Shown: positions 36,618 to 49,442, numbered from the stretch's first letter. The stretch is 64,000 bases of DNA from Spirochaetota bacterium (GCA_004297825.1 SCSX01000036.1:172680-236679), one strand, 5' to 3'. Program-made: numbers and translations. Notes: generated by a model not told the origin, from the sequence alone.

Positions 36618-39242
36618 CTACTTCCCGCCCAGGGAGCCGAACACGACCTCGAGTTTTTCCCTGAACGCCGGGTAGAGGTCGCGGGGCGCGCTCCCGGTTA
36701 TGATGAGTGCGTTTCCGTTGTGCGCCACCGTATACGATTCCCGCACCTGTTTCCCCACTTCGGAGGAGAGCGTCCAGAAGTATTCCGCTCCGTCCCTGTT
36801 CCCCCAGCGCTGTTTCACGATCGTGCCCCCCGTGCCCTTCACCCAGTCCTCGCAGGCCTTGTCCATGGCCCTTCCCTGGAGGGGAACCAGCGCGACCGTG
36901 ATGTCCGCGCGGTTGTCGGCGCTTCCCATGCGGCCCAGCACGCCGTCCCTGGCATCCGCGGAGTCGGGCGCGCGCTCGACCCAGCCTTCGGGCAGCGTGA
37001 TCGAAACGCCCGCGCTTTCAAGCGTGATTTTTCTCCCGGTATCCGCGCGGTCATGCGGGGCCGGCGTCTTCCCCCAGAGCTTCCGGTTGCGCTGGAGGAT
37101 GAGTTTCGCGGCCGCGTTCCGGTCGACCTCCGTGAAATTGGACTCGTTCATCGTCCAGTCGGCGACCTCGACCCGGGTACCGTCCGTGAATGCGTTTCGT
37201 ACGCCCGCGATGCAATCGTCCGCGGGGACGTCCCTGATATCGACGCCCTTCTGCCTGTAAAACGCGACAAGCAGGGATATGCGCGAAACGAGCCCCGCGA
37301 GCGTTTTCCGCAGTTCCTGTTTTGCGGCGTATTCCTTTTTAAGCCTTTCCGCGTCGAAGCCCTGAACGCCGGGAATAAGCGAGCCGGCGGCAAGCGCTTT
37401 TTCAAGCACGGGGCTCGTCTGCCCGCCTTCGAGCTCCTCGCGAAGGGCGCGGTAAGACTTCGCGTACAGGGGAAGCGCCTCGCGCGCGTAACCCAGTTTC
37501 ATGAGCGACGCGTGCTGACGCTCGAGCAGGCCCGTGAGCCCCGAGACCTCGAACTGGGCCAGGGACGCGTCCAGGTCCTTCCCCGCGCTCCGGGTGCGGC
37601 GCGTCGCTGCCGCGCGTGCGTCGGAGAAAGCAGCATGTGCCTTAGCCGCGGCGATATGCGATTCCTCGATCGCCCGGAGAAGATCGCGCTTCGCCGTTTT
37701 CACAGCGGCGGCCTGCTCCCTGCTGAAAAAGCGCAGGCTCTCCTTCCCGATCCCCGCGGCGTGCTTCATGGCTTTATAGAGCTCCCCCGCGCGCGCGTAG
37801 GCCAGCGCGTATCTCCTGTGGAGGGGCGGGCGGTCGATCGCGGCGGCGCCGGCGCATTCCTCTATAAGTCCCCGGATGAACTGCGCGTAACGGCCGTATT
37901 CCGCGGCCCGTTCCCGGTAGAGGGACTCCGCGCGGGCGCCGTCGGTCCGGCGCGCCTGTGAGAGCCACGCGCAGTAGTCCACCGATCGCGCGGCATACTC
38001 GCGCAGCGCCCCGAGCTTTGCCGTGATAAGATCCTTCGCGAGCCCGAATTCTTTTTCATCGATCACGCCAAGTCCTTTCGCCCGGGCCTGCGTGATCTCC
38101 TCATCCGCGCGCGCGATGGCCGCGAGCGGGTCCTTCGCGTAACGCGCGTACAATTCCAGGAGCTTTTTCCTGAGCGCGTCGAAATACTCCGCCCCTTCGG
38201 ATCCGGTGATGGATGCCGCTGCGTCCGTGCGGAACGTATCGGCCTCGCGCATGAAGCGGGCGCACATGGGAAGCGGGGGAAGCTTCACCGATACCCCGTC
38301 CGCGCGCGCGGGACCTTCCGCCGGGACCTCGGGGATATCGGTCCGCGCGAGGCAGGCGGACGAGAGCGCGCCGAATACCGTGCGCTCGAGGTCCGCGGGA
38401 TTTTTTAACAGCGCGCGCTTCCGCGCCGGCGGGAGTTGCGCGGCGTCTTTGCCGAGCGCGCCCATTTTCTCGATGAGCGCCGCCTCGCTGTCAAGGCGCG
38501 CGGTGAGCGCGTGCCAGGCGGGACATCCTGGCAGGTCGTCGGGCCCCATCACGACCGTCGCCGGAATCTCCGCGAGCGCGGCGTTGGCGGCGTCGACGAC
38601 CAGGTCCTCGAGCTCACGCGGCGAGAGGCGTCCCCCCGCGGCCGCGAGGCCTTCCCGTGTTTTCGCGAGGATCCCGTCCAGGTACTTCGCGAGCGTCGCG
38701 TCCCTGGCGGTGATCATGCGCGCCATGTACGCTTCCAGGGCAAGGGGCTGGAGCGCCGCCCGGAAAAAGTCCTCGTCAAGGATCGCCGCGGCGAGTTCAT
38801 CCGCGTCGGTTCCACCGGCAAGGCGCGCGCGAAGCGCCGTCGCGGACGCCGCGCGGACGGCCTCGATGCTCTTCTTTTCGCCGGGCAGCGCGGTAAGCAT
38901 GTCGAGCCGGGCTATTGAAAAGAGGGGCTGGGAAAGGCGTTTCGTCTCGGCGGCGAGTTCTTCGGCAGTAAAGGCCCGTTTTTCGTAGCGCGGCGAGCCG
39001 TCCCCCTTCAATGATCGCTGGAACTGGCCGAGCGTCGCGCGCGCGACCTCTATCTCCGCGTCCATCGATTCAAGGAGCGCCGCGTGCGCCCCCTCGCGGG
39101 CGAGCCGTTCCCTGTCGGCGCTCACCTGTTTCAGGCGCATGTCCCACCAGTCGAGGCGCTGCCCCACGAAGGCGTGCAGGGGACGCGTGATCGGTCCAAG
39201 GACCATAAGTGCGGTCAACGCGAGACAGATGCGTGTTTTCAT
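36618..39242 (-). CDS. Large exported helical hypothetical protein (874 aa)
   Basis: Signal peptide, host-like codon use, AAGGAG RBS; C-terminal PsbP-like alpha/beta segment (VSITLPEGW...) is tentative. Confidence 0.75.
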   Translation of the reverse strand: MKTRICLALTALMVLGPITRPLHAFVGQRLDWWDMRLKQVSADRERLAREGAHAALLESMDAEIEVARATLGQFQRSLKGDGSPRYEKRAFTAEELAAETKRLSQPLFSIARLDMLTALPGEKKSIEAVRAASATALRARLAGGTDADELAAAILDEDFFRAALQPLALEAYMARMITARDATLAKYLDGILAKTREGLAAAGGRLSPRELEDLVVDAANAALAEIPATVVMGPDDLPGCPAWHALTARLDSEAALIEKMGALGKDAAQLPPARKRALLKNPADLERTVFGALSSACLARTDIPEVPAEGPARADGVSVKLPPLPMCARFMREADTFRTDAAASITGSEGAEYFDALRKKLLELYARYAKDPLAAIARADEEITQARAKGLGVIDEKEFGLAKDLITAKLGALREYAARSVDYCAWLSQARRTDGARAESLYRERAAEYGRYAQFIRGLIEECAGAAAIDRPPLHRRYALAYARAGELYKAMKHAAGIGKESLRFFSREQAAAVKTAKRDLLRAIEESHIAAAKAHAAFSDARAAATRRTRSAGKDLDASLAQFEVSGLTGLLERQHASLMKLGYAREALPLYAKSYRALREELEGGQTSPVLEKALAAGSLIPGVQGFDAERLKKEYAAKQELRKTLAGLVSRISLLVAFYRQKGVDIRDVPADDCIAGVRNAFTDGTRVEVADWTMNESNFTEVDRNAAAKLILQRNRKLWGKTPAPHDRADTGRKITLESAGVSITLPEGWVERAPDSADARDGVLGRMGSADNRADITVALVPLQGRAMDKACEDWVKGTGGTIVKQRWGNRDGAEYFWTLSSEVGKQVRESYTVAHNGNALIITGSAPRDLYPAFREKLEVVFGSLGGK

Positions 39243-39485
39243 GCGGGCGCTCCTTTTCGGCCCGGGCGCTCCCGGGCTGCTGTATATAGTATCGAAAAGG
39301 CGGACGATTCTGATTAGCAGGGAATCTGGTCACCCTGCCCCGTAATCGGGGATGATGCCCGGCCGGGATTCAGGCAGGCGCGCGGAATGGGTTGAAGCTT
39401 TTAAGGAGAAGGGGGTCCGATACGCACCGCTGCGGACGGAGAAATCCCTGTGAGGCGAAAGCGTATCGGCCCCCCGATTGCCGTG

Positions 39486-39989
39486 CTAAAAGTACCAGCG
39501 GGCGCCTATGCCCGCGTCCAGGTCGAACGCGGTCGAGGGCAGCAAAGATATCCCGGGAGCGATCTCCGCGAATAATTCGAGCTTCGGGAGTGCCATAAAA
39601 CTGAGTCCAACCGGTATCCGGACGCCGAGTTCCGACGAGGGTTCGTGCCGGGCTCGGCGCCCGTCGTTATCCTCCCACGCGATGAACTTGGCGCCGGCTC
39701 CCGCGTACCAGTCCAGGGTTGCCGCCAGGGGCGCGGTGTACACCCAGTAGTCGCAATGAGCATGAAAATGGTTCTCGATGGACCATGCAAGCCCTATCAC
39801 GGGAAACGAGCGATAGCGGAAGGTGAGTCCTGTCGGCTCGCCGATCATGATTCCTATGCCGGGGCCCTGGGGGGTTGCGGTGCGGGCGGGAAGTGCGGTC
39901 AGGAAGATAAAGAGTACGGTGCATGCTCCGCACAGAGCCGGAATACGAAACTCCCGGATGGATTTCTTTGCGAATTGCGCTTCATTCAT
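39486..39989 (-). CDS. Small outer-membrane beta-barrel (DUF3996/BAPKO_0422-like)
   Basis: GIGIMIGEPTGLT, LGVRIPVGL, ELFAEIAPG, C-terminal GIGARWYF. Confidence 0.75.
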   Translation of the reverse strand: MNEAQFAKKSIREFRIPALCGACTVLFIFLTALPARTATPQGPGIGIMIGEPTGLTFRYRSFPVIGLAWSIENHFHAHCDYWVYTAPLAATLDWYAGAGAKFIAWEDNDGRRARHEPSSELGVRIPVGLSFMALPKLELFAEIAPGISLLPSTAFDLDAGIGARWYF

Positions 39990-40091
39990 GACAATACCTC
40001 AGCAACAATCGGCATTAATAATTAACTTATAACATCTGAAAAAATCAAAGGTTATTAAAACAAATCAGTGTACGATCAGGCGGGCTCAGCC

Positions 40092-40952
40092 CTAGAAATA
40101 TTCCGGCAGGATCGCCTTCAGCCGCTTCGCCGCCGCGCGGCCCTGCTTTTCCTTCGCCGTGATGACCGCGAATTTCGCGGCGCTGCGGCAGTCGCAGGTG
40201 CGCTCGTGGGACATGTGCGGGATCAGGTTCTTTAACAGGGCCTTCGCGTGGACGGCGTTTTTATTAAGGTTCGCGACCACCAGCTCCACGGATACGTGGG
40301 CCTCGTCCTCCTTCCAGCAGTCGTAATCGGTGCTCATGCAGATGACGGTGTAGCATATCTCGGCCTCGCGCGCGAGCTTGGCCTCGGGGATGGTGCTCAT
40401 GTTGATGACCCCGGCGCCCCAGCCCCGGTAGAGGTTGCTCTCCGCCTTCGTGGAGAACGCGGGTCCCTCCATGCATACCAGGGTCGTCCCGGTGTGCAGC
40501 GTGATGCCCAGCGCCTTCGCCTCCGGCGCCACGAGCCCCTGGAGCCTTCCGCAGAAGGGGTGCCCGAACCCCACGTGCGCGGCGATGCCCTCCCCGAAAA
40601 ACGTCGAGGGGCGCGCCTTTGTCCGGTCAATGATCTGGTCGGGGAGCACGAAATCGAGCGGATGGATCTCCTCCTTGAGGCTTCCCACCGCGGAAAAGGC
40701 GAGGATCTCCTCGACGCCCAGCATCTTGAGGGCGGCGATATTCGCGCGGTAGTTGATCTCGTGCGGAAGCACCACGTGGCCGCGCCCGTGCCGGGGAAGG
40801 AAGGCCGCCGTGCTCCCGTTGATCTCGGCTATCGTGATGGCGTCCGAAGGTTTGCCCCACGGCGTCGAGGGCTTCACCTCGTTGATTACCTTCACGCCCT
40901 CGATTTCATAAAGCCCCGAACCGCCTATAATGCCGATCTTCGCGCCGCCCAT
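40092..40952 (-). CDS. mtnP: S-methyl-5'-thioadenosine phosphorylase
   Basis: IGIIGGSG, PRHGRGH, NYRANI, EGPAFSTKAES, TDYDCW; GGAGG RBS. Confidence 0.93.
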   Translation of the reverse strand: MGGAKIGIIGGSGLYEIEGVKVINEVKPSTPWGKPSDAITIAEINGSTAAFLPRHGRGHVVLPHEINYRANIAALKMLGVEEILAFSAVGSLKEEIHPLDFVLPDQIIDRTKARPSTFFGEGIAAHVGFGHPFCGRLQGLVAPEAKALGITLHTGTTLVCMEGPAFSTKAESNLYRGWGAGVINMSTIPEAKLAREAEICYTVICMSTDYDCWKEDEAHVSVELVVANLNKNAVHAKALLKNLIPHMSHERTCDCRSAAKFAVITAKEKQGRAAAKRLKAILPEYF

Positions 40953-41315
40953 GTACGCCTCCGTTGGAAAAGTACGGGCATGATATCGCATACTTTGCCG
41001 CGCGCGCAAGGAAAATTCGGGACTATACACGGATTTGCATAACAACTCATTTCGAGGGGGAAGTAAATATGTTGACTTACCATTCGCCGAATATACTATC
41101 AATAATGTTTTCCGGTTGGATATGAATAGGAACTTGATTCGACAGGCGCGTTTCTGCCGGTCTGCGGCTACGGGTGCCTGAAGGGTCAGTCGGTTTGTGC
41201 GGAGGATCAAGGCCGGGTAAAAATCCGTGTGCGTGAAGATGCGTGTCAATGACGGAAACTGAATTCCTGGGAAATGGACAACGGCGACGGGCGGTACAGC
41301 CATGAAGTCAGAAGA

Positions 41316-43406
41316 ATGAAAATGTTCCTTTTCAATAAACTATCAACACTGCCTCTTTTGCTCATTTTACTCCACGCGTTCCCTCTTTTTGCGTCCGAAA
41401 TCGACCTGGTCAGCGAACCCGTCTATGTGCGGAAAGGCTTCGATCCCTCATTCGTGGATAGTATTCCTCGTGTCGATGAAAAAACTGTTCTTTTCATTCC
41501 GGGGAGCAAAACCGGCAGCCGTAAGATCGTATTAAAAGAACTTTCCCTGGAAGGCCTGCCCCAGAGGGATGTTTTCTCATTAACCGAATATCCCCCTGAG
41601 AGCTTCACTTTTTTAACGGAATTTTCACTTGCCGGAGAGGACCTGGCGGGGTGCTTCCCTAAAGGCGTCTATTTTGCCAACATAGGTGAGAACTGGGCGA
41701 TTTACCTGAACGGGCATCTCCTGGGATCGGAGATTCACCTGGATGAAAAGGGCCGGATAACCGCGTACCGGCATTACCGGAAAGTTCTCATCCCCATCGA
41801 TCCGCGCATCTTCCGCGAGGGCGGGAATATTCTCGCCGTCCGAATTATCGGCGATCCTACCAATATCGATTCGGGATTTCATCGCAGCACCCCGTTTATC
41901 ATCGACTCCATGGACAGGCTGAACAGCCTGCGGTCGGATCAGACGGAGCTCATTCTCATTTTCATTTACCTTTTCGTAGGGCTGTACCACCTGTTCCTGT
42001 TTCTGAGGCGCAGGGGCGAGAGGTATAATTTTTATTACAGCGCGTTTTCCGTCATGCTCTTCACCTACCTCGTCTCGCGTACCAGCGCGGTCTACGCCGT
42101 TATCCCGGATTCAACCGTCCTGCATCGCGTGGAATACTGCTCACTGTACACGCTTATCCCCCTGTTCGGGGCGTTCGCCGACTACCTCCTCGTGGGAAGA
42201 TTCAGCCGAATAATGAAAGCGTATGCGCTGCTCTATTCGGCGCTGATCATCGTAACCGTACTCCCGGTATCCAACCCGTTTGCGATCGACGTATTGCGTA
42301 TCTGGCAGGTAACCTCCCTATTCGCGCTTGTGTTCATCGTGTTTTACAGAATCGGCCGGCCGGTACTGTCCTACTTTAAGAAGCTTTTCTCTGATTATAA
42401 TTCGTTGCCGCGGCTGCACCGCGCAGCCAGGTCTGCGTACCGGTCACTCTTCTTCTCCACCCCGGGAAGCATGTTGATCGGTGCGCTCGTCATGTTCGGA
42501 TGCGCGGTATTCGACATCCTCGATTCGATGTTCTGGGCATACGACCTGGTCCTGGCCCAGTATGGATTTTCCGCGTTCACCCTGGGAATAACCCTGATCC
42601 TGGCAAACCGGTTCATCTCGGTTCACAACACGCTCGAGTCGAGCTGCGAGGTCTCCAGGAAAGAGATGGAGCTCGCGTCGGACATGCACTCCCGGCTGCT
42701 CCCTCCCGCGCCTTCGGGGATCGCCGGCTGGGACATCGCCCTCTCGTTCAAGCCGAGGCACGGCGCTTCCGGGGACTTTTACGATTTTTATGTCGAAGAC
42801 AGCCGTCTTGAGGGGATGACCATCTTCGACGTATCCGGACACGGCGTCTCGTCTGCCCTCATCACCATGATAGTCAAGCCGATAATGTTCAGGCTCTTCA
42901 GCACAATGAAGCAGAGCGGCCTCGATGAAATAATCGGGAAGCTCGACGAACAGGTGTCCCGCGAGATGGCGAGCCTCGACAATTTCGCCTCATGTATACT
43001 GCTCCGGTTTAACGGCCCGAACATTGAATATGTTAACGCGGGCCACCCGGACCTCCTTCATTTGCGCCGGGGTTACGGCGAGGTCGCAATCGCCGGTGAC
43101 GGCGAAGGAGATTTCCACCTGGCGCCGGTCGGCCAGCACATTGCGCAAAAGGCCGCCTCGGTGATCAATCTCACGACGGAAAAGGGGGACGTGTTATTAC
43201 TGTTTACCGACTGTATAATCGAGAGCCGGAACGCGCGCAAAGGTCCCTATGGCCTTAACAGCCTCATGACATCACTTTCGGAAACAAAGGACCTGTCGGC
43301 GCAGGAGATACTTGATGCGATTCTGAAAGATTTTAATTCCTTTATTCCCGAAGCGCAGATTCTCGATGACTTCACCGTTATCTGCCTGAAAAGGACCGCC
43401 GACTGA
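41316..43406 (+). CDS. 7TM-DISM-type membrane sensor with SpoIIE/PP2C phosphatase domain
   Basis: Extracellular beta-domain, ~7 TM, SGDFYD, DVSGHG, NAGHP, FTDC, DDFT. Confidence 0.9.
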   Translation: MKMFLFNKLSTLPLLLILLHAFPLFASEIDLVSEPVYVRKGFDPSFVDSIPRVDEKTVLFIPGSKTGSRKIVLKELSLEGLPQRDVFSLTEYPPESFTFLTEFSLAGEDLAGCFPKGVYFANIGENWAIYLNGHLLGSEIHLDEKGRITAYRHYRKVLIPIDPRIFREGGNILAVRIIGDPTNIDSGFHRSTPFIIDSMDRLNSLRSDQTELILIFIYLFVGLYHLFLFLRRRGERYNFYYSAFSVMLFTYLVSRTSAVYAVIPDSTVLHRVEYCSLYTLIPLFGAFADYLLVGRFSRIMKAYALLYSALIIVTVLPVSNPFAIDVLRIWQVTSLFALVFIVFYRIGRPVLSYFKKLFSDYNSLPRLHRAARSAYRSLFFSTPGSMLIGALVMFGCAVFDILDSMFWAYDLVLAQYGFSAFTLGITLILANRFISVHNTLESSCEVSRKEMELASDMHSRLLPPAPSGIAGWDIALSFKPRHGASGDFYDFYVEDSRLEGMTIFDVSGHGVSSALITMIVKPIMFRLFSTMKQSGLDEIIGKLDEQVSREMASLDNFASCILLRFNGPNIEYVNAGHPDLLHLRRGYGEVAIAGDGEGDFHLAPVGQHIAQKAASVINLTTEKGDVLLLFTDCIIESRNARKGPYGLNSLMTSLSETKDLSAQEILDAILKDFNSFIPEAQILDDFTVICLKRTAD

Positions 43407-43465
43407 CGGGAATTGCCGATGCCCCCATTTTTTTTCACGCCAGGGGAATGCCGGCCGTAATCAGT

Positions 43466-43571
43466 AGACTTGTTGCATAACTCAATTTTGCGGGGTATAA
43501 GGGGCGAAGCCCCTTAAAAGCCCCCGCAGGGGTTCCCCGCGGGCGTGAGACGGCAGTTTCGCAACAAGTCT
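43466..43571. mobile_element. 106-bp MITE with 17-bp terminal inverted repeats
   Basis: AGACTTGTTGCATAACT ... AGTTTCGCAACAAGTCT (2 mismatches); internal hairpin AAGGGGCGAAGCCCCTT. Confidence 0.75.
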
Positions 43572-43597
43572 GGTATTTATGTGATGATTAATTGACG

Positions 43598-43626
43598 TTG
43601 ACATGCGAAAGGTAACGTTATATGAT
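43598..43626 (+). promoter_or_regulatory. Sigma70 promoter of the MCP gene
   Basis: TTGACA-17 bp-TATGAT. Confidence 0.7.
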
Positions 43627-43669
43627 ATATGGGCATGCTGAAGCATCATGATTCAACGTGGAGGTTGTC

Positions 43670-45265
43670 ATGAAGCTGTCGTGGAAAAATTTAAGCATAA
43701 GTAAAAAGATAATCCTGCTTTCCTCGCTCATCATTCTCTCATTCGCCGTAACGGTGTTCGCCTATCTTATTCCGCTTTTCCAGGACGAGAGCATTAGGAT
43801 GAAAAAGGAAAAGGTCCGCGATATAGTCGCTACCGCCCTGAGCGTGATAGAAGCGATCGACAAGGAATATGCGGCCGCGGGGAAAACGAAGGAGGATGCG
43901 CAGAAAAGCGCCGTCGGGCAGCTGCGCGGTATCAGGTACGGGGACGAGGGCAAGGATTACGTCTGGATAAATGATTTTCAGCCGGTCGTCATCATGCACC
44001 CGTTCGCGAGCGATCTCGAGGGGAAGAACGTCGGTGAAAAAACCGACCCCACGGGGAAAAAGTTTTTCAAGGAAATGGTCCGCATCTGTCAGGAACGAGA
44101 GGCGGGCTATGTCGAATACATGTGGCAGTACAAAGACCAGAAGGAACGTGTGGTGCCCAAAATATCGTTCGTGAAAGCGTACAAGCCATGGGGCTGGATA
44201 ATCGGGACAGGGGTCTATTACGAAGACGTCCGCGAAAGCATCCTGAGCACGGTGGTGCGCATACTCCAGATTTTCGGTGGAATCATCGGGATCTCCATTT
44301 TGCTCTCGCTCTTCGTTTCCAGGAAAATTTCAAAGTCCATCCGCGTGGTGGTGGGGCGACTCCAGGAACTCGCCAGCGCGGAGGGGGACCTCACCGGGAG
44401 GCTGCCTGTGGAATCCGGTGACGAGGTGGGCGAACTCTCGCTGGTGCTCAACCGTTTCCTGGACCAGTTCGAGGGGCTGGTCGTAGAGATCATGGATTCA
44501 TCCCGCGCGCTTTCACAGGCCGTGGGGGAAATCAGCACCGGAAACCAGGACCTTTCGGACCGCACCTCCCGCCAGGCGTCCTCTCTCGAGGAGGTGGCAT
44601 CCTCGCTGGAACAAGCGGTCGCGTCGGTCCGCCAGAACGCTGAAAATACTATGGCCGCGAACGGACTGGCGAGCGAGACGGTGAGGATAGGCGAGGAAGG
44701 GAACCGCATCGTTCTCTCGGCGGTTGAATCCATTCGCGAGCTCAGCCATTCGAGCGAGAAAATCAGCGAGATCGTGGAGGCCATTAACGGCATCGCCTTT
44801 CAGACGAACCTCCTTGCGCTCAACGCGGCTGTCGAGGCGGCCCGGGCGGGAGACAGCGGGCGCGGATTCGCGGTCGTCGCGGCCGAGGTGCGCAACCTGG
44901 CCCAGCGGGTCCAGGGATCGGCGAAAGAAATTGGGGTTCTGATAAAAGAGGCGCTCGAAAAGATGCAGGAGACCAACAGCCGCGCGGGTAAGAGTTCCGA
45001 GGCGCTGCAGAACATCACGGAATCGATCAAGCGCGTGGGAGGTCTAATCTCGGAAATCTCCGCGGCGAGCGAGGAACAGCGCCAGGGCATGGACCAGATA
45101 AACGCCGCCGTCACGGACATGGACAGGATCGGCCAGCAGAACGCCGCGCTCGTGGAGCAGACGGCCGCGGCGAGCGAGGAGATGTCGCGGCAGGTCGAGG
45201 TGCTCCTCGAAAAGGTGAGCCGGTTCAAGACAAGCGAACATTCCAGAGAGCGCTCCCCGGCTTGA
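43670..45265 (+). CDS. Methyl-accepting chemotaxis protein (Cache, HAMP, MA)
   Basis: [28 protein letters not shown]; periplasmic single Cache ([10 protein letters not shown]). Confidence 0.95.
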   Translation: MKLSWKNLSISKKIILLSSLIILSFAVTVFAYLIPLFQDESIRMKKEKVRDIVATALSVIEAIDKEYAAAGKTKEDAQKSAVGQLRGIRYGDEGKDYVWINDFQPVVIMHPFASDLEGKNVGEKTDPTGKKFFKEMVRICQEREAGYVEYMWQYKDQKERVVPKISFVKAYKPWGWIIGTGVYYEDVRESILSTVVRILQIFGGIIGISILLSLFVSRKISKSIRVVVGRLQELASAEGDLTGRLPVESGDEVGELSLVLNRFLDQFEGLVVEIMDSSRALSQAVGEISTGNQDLSDRTSRQASSLEEVASSLEQAVASVRQNAENTMAANGLASETVRIGEEGNRIVLSAVESIRELSHSSEKISEIVEAINGIAFQTNLLALNAAVEAARAGDSGRGFAVVAAEVRNLAQRVQGSAKEIGVLIKEALEKMQETNSRAGKSSEALQNITESIKRVGGLISEISAASEEQRQGMDQINAAVTDMDRIGQQNAALVEQTAAASEEMSRQVEVLLEKVSRFKTSEHSRERSPA

Positions 45266-45286
45266 ACCGGGTTCGATCGAATCGCC

Positions 45287-46675
45287 TTAAAGTATTTTGT
45301 GCGGATTCAGGATGCCCGCGGGATCGAACGCCGTTTTGATGCGCCGCAGCAATTCGATCTCCTCATGCGAAAGCGCCATGTTCAGATAGTCCCGCCGCGT
45401 AAACCCGATTCCATGTTCCCCCGTAATCGTGCCCCCGTGCGCGATCGCGATCTCATAGATCCTGCGCTTCATCCCCGGAAGCATCGCGTTCCAGGCCGGG
45501 TATTCGATTTCGTCTTTTAGGGCGTCGATATGCACATTCCCGTCCCCCGCGTGCCCGAACATTATGGAGCGCAGGCCCAGGGATTCCAGGTATGACTTGA
45601 CCTCTCTCAGGAAGGGGGGAATTTCGGAGCGCGGGACCACGGTATCCTCGGCAAGAAAAACAGGGCTCTCTTTCGTAATGGCCTCGCGAATGGCGCGCCT
45701 TGCTTTCCATATGCGTTCGCTCTGCCGACGGGTTTCCGCGACCAGTACCCGTTCGGGTGAAATGCTCAGGATCCCCGTGAGACGCTCAAGATCGCCGTTT
45801 ACCGATTCTGCCGTCGTCCCGTCAAGCTGGACGAGCAGGTGCGCGCGTGCGCGGGGAAAGGGTATCTCCTGCCCGAAATGCCGCGCCACCAGCCGGATGG
45901 CGTCCTCTTCCATGAATTCCAGGGCCGCAGGGACGATCCTGCCGGATATGATCCGGAAGACGTCTTCTACGGCTTCATCCAGTGATTCGTACGGGATGAG
46001 CAGGTCCATAGTATAGGGGGCCGCGGGGACGAGTCTCAGGAGGATTTTCGTGATAACCGCAAGCGTCCCCTCGGAGCCGGTTAGAATACCGACAAGGTTG
46101 TACCCCGTCGCGTTTTTTACATACTTGCCACCGGTGGTGATTATTGAGCCGTCCGTGAGCACGCATTCGAGACCCAGGATATAATCCTTGGTGGTCCCGT
46201 ATTTCACGGCGCGGGGTCCCCCGGCCCCTTCTGCGACATTGCCTCCAATCGAACAGGATTCCAGGCTGGAAGGATCGGGCGGATACATGAGGCCCATCTC
46301 CAGTGCGGCACGCTGAATGTCACCCGTAATCGCCCCCGGCTCGACAAGCGCCGTCATGTTGCGCGGGTCTATTTCGATAATCCTGTTCATGCGTTCCATC
46401 GAAAGGACCAGGCCGCCGGCGACGGGAATGGCGCCGCCGGTGACGCCGGTACCGGTTCCACGAGGGATGACCGGCACCCGGTGACGCGAGCATGTCTTCA
46501 TGACCTCGCTTACCTCGGCCGCGCTTTGCACATGTACGACAAGGTCGGGAAGATGACTGCAATCCGACGTCTCATCCCTTGAGTACCGCTCCAGTGTATC
46601 GGTGTCTCGGTATATCCGCGCCGGCCCGAGTTTTTGAATTAGTTCTCCCAGCACAGATTCGATCGCACGGGTCAT
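45287..46675 (-). CDS. FAD-linked oxidase (GlcD/D-lactate dehydrogenase-like)
   Basis: PRGTGTGVTGG, DPSS, KYGTT, GSEGTL, GHAGDGNVH, GEHGIG. Confidence 0.9.
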   Translation of the reverse strand: MTRAIESVLGELIQKLGPARIYRDTDTLERYSRDETSDCSHLPDLVVHVQSAAEVSEVMKTCSRHRVPVIPRGTGTGVTGGAIPVAGGLVLSMERMNRIIEIDPRNMTALVEPGAITGDIQRAALEMGLMYPPDPSSLESCSIGGNVAEGAGGPRAVKYGTTKDYILGLECVLTDGSIITTGGKYVKNATGYNLVGILTGSEGTLAVITKILLRLVPAAPYTMDLLIPYESLDEAVEDVFRIISGRIVPAALEFMEEDAIRLVARHFGQEIPFPRARAHLLVQLDGTTAESVNGDLERLTGILSISPERVLVAETRRQSERIWKARRAIREAITKESPVFLAEDTVVPRSEIPPFLREVKSYLESLGLRSIMFGHAGDGNVHIDALKDEIEYPAWNAMLPGMKRRIYEIAIAHGGTITGEHGIGFTRRDYLNMALSHEEIELLRRIKTAFDPAGILNPHKIL

Positions 46676-46860
46676 TATCCCCTCCTGTACGGCAGTATCA
46701 GAACATATCCGGCCATTGATTATTTCAATAAGTTTCTGAAAATCGGAATTTTCATCAATTTCAAATGCGAATGCGCCGTTCCTAAAAAGTTCTTTACTTG
46801 TAACAATTCCACCGGCTATCCTGATAAAGGAAGGAACGAGCAGGAGGATTGGTAAGTCCC

Positions 46861-47322
46861 ATGATTCTCAAGAAGAGCAACATTTTATCCAACAAGTTTG
46901 TTTTACTCATTGAAGATAATATCCAAGAGATCGCCGAGCAGTTTATGAACGACCTGCTGAAAAGCCCGGAAACGATCGCGTACCGGCAGTTGGGCCGACA
47001 GGACGTATACGAGGCTGCCTATAGGCGCCTTCATGAGATTTCGCAATGGATTTCCAAGAATTATCCTAAACAGGAAATAGAGCGCTACTATCGGCAGATC
47101 GGCCGTGAGAGATATGAGCAGGGGATACCGTTTTCCGCCGCGTTCAGGTTCCTTGTATTGTTGAAGAGGCATATGTGGCTTTTTGTATTGAACAAACTGT
47201 ATTACGACGCGACCATATATGAACAGGCCCTCGATCTCAACAACAGGGTCGTGCTATACTTCGACCGGGCCGCCTACTACCTCCTGTGCGGTTACGAAGA
47301 TATGCTTAACAAGAAATGGTAA
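46861..47322 (+). CDS. Hypothetical helical protein (globin-like/RsbRD-N-like)
   Basis: 153 aa; Y..IG..R...GIP pattern; family assignment tentative. Confidence 0.65.
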   Translation: MILKKSNILSNKFVLLIEDNIQEIAEQFMNDLLKSPETIAYRQLGRQDVYEAAYRRLHEISQWISKNYPKQEIERYYRQIGRERYEQGIPFSAAFRFLVLLKRHMWLFVLNKLYYDATIYEQALDLNNRVVLYFDRAAYYLLCGYEDMLNKKW

Positions 47323-47400
47323 AAAAACTATTAATATGATTGACAGGTACCTACAATAAATTTTATGGTCATGTCCACGCAAGAGCGTACATAAAAGCAG

Positions 47401-47492
47401 GTTAAATTTTTTAAAAAATTTACTTGACGTAGGATGTCACAATCCATATATGTACTTCACGTTGTCGTGAATCAGGTATGTGTTCTTTAAAA
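47401..47492 (+). promoter_or_regulatory. rRNA operon promoter/leader with UP-like AT tract and boxA-like site
   Basis: AAATTTTTTAAAAAATTT, TTGACG (47424), TATATG ~17 bp later; TGTTCTTTAAAA at 47481 (also 47651 and 49648). Confidence 0.5.
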
Positions 47493-47735
47493 AGTTTTGG
47501 GTGTTTGACGGCATACTGCATTAAGTTACAAAGCAGCTTGACTCCGAGTAGCGGGTCTTGTAACTTGTAACTGCATAGCTTACAAGCTCTATACAGCGAA
47601 ATTTCACATATCGATTCCCAGAACGCTGGGGATTTTTTATCTCCTAATACTGGTTCTTTGAAAACTGAGTAGTATTGTTTTGTTGAAAGTCTCACGTCAA
47701 TTTTCGTAACTAAAACTCTCAATATAGTCTTTTCT

Positions 47736-49285
<1,550 letters not shown>

Positions 49286-49442
49286 AAAGGAAGATTTAAT
49301 GAACACAATTAACCCAAGTGGGACTTGGAAAGGCAATACTGCTCAGTTTTGAGAGAACCAGAGTTCTCGAAACCGTTATTAAAATCACGGGTGGAGCGAA
49401 ACTATAGGCCGATGCTTGTAGTTTAGAAGAGAGTAAGGGCAT

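Noticed and set aside
40953..41315. Riboswitch upstream of mtnP or the SpoIIE gene
   Set aside because: No recognisable SAM, SAH or c-di-GMP consensus by eye.
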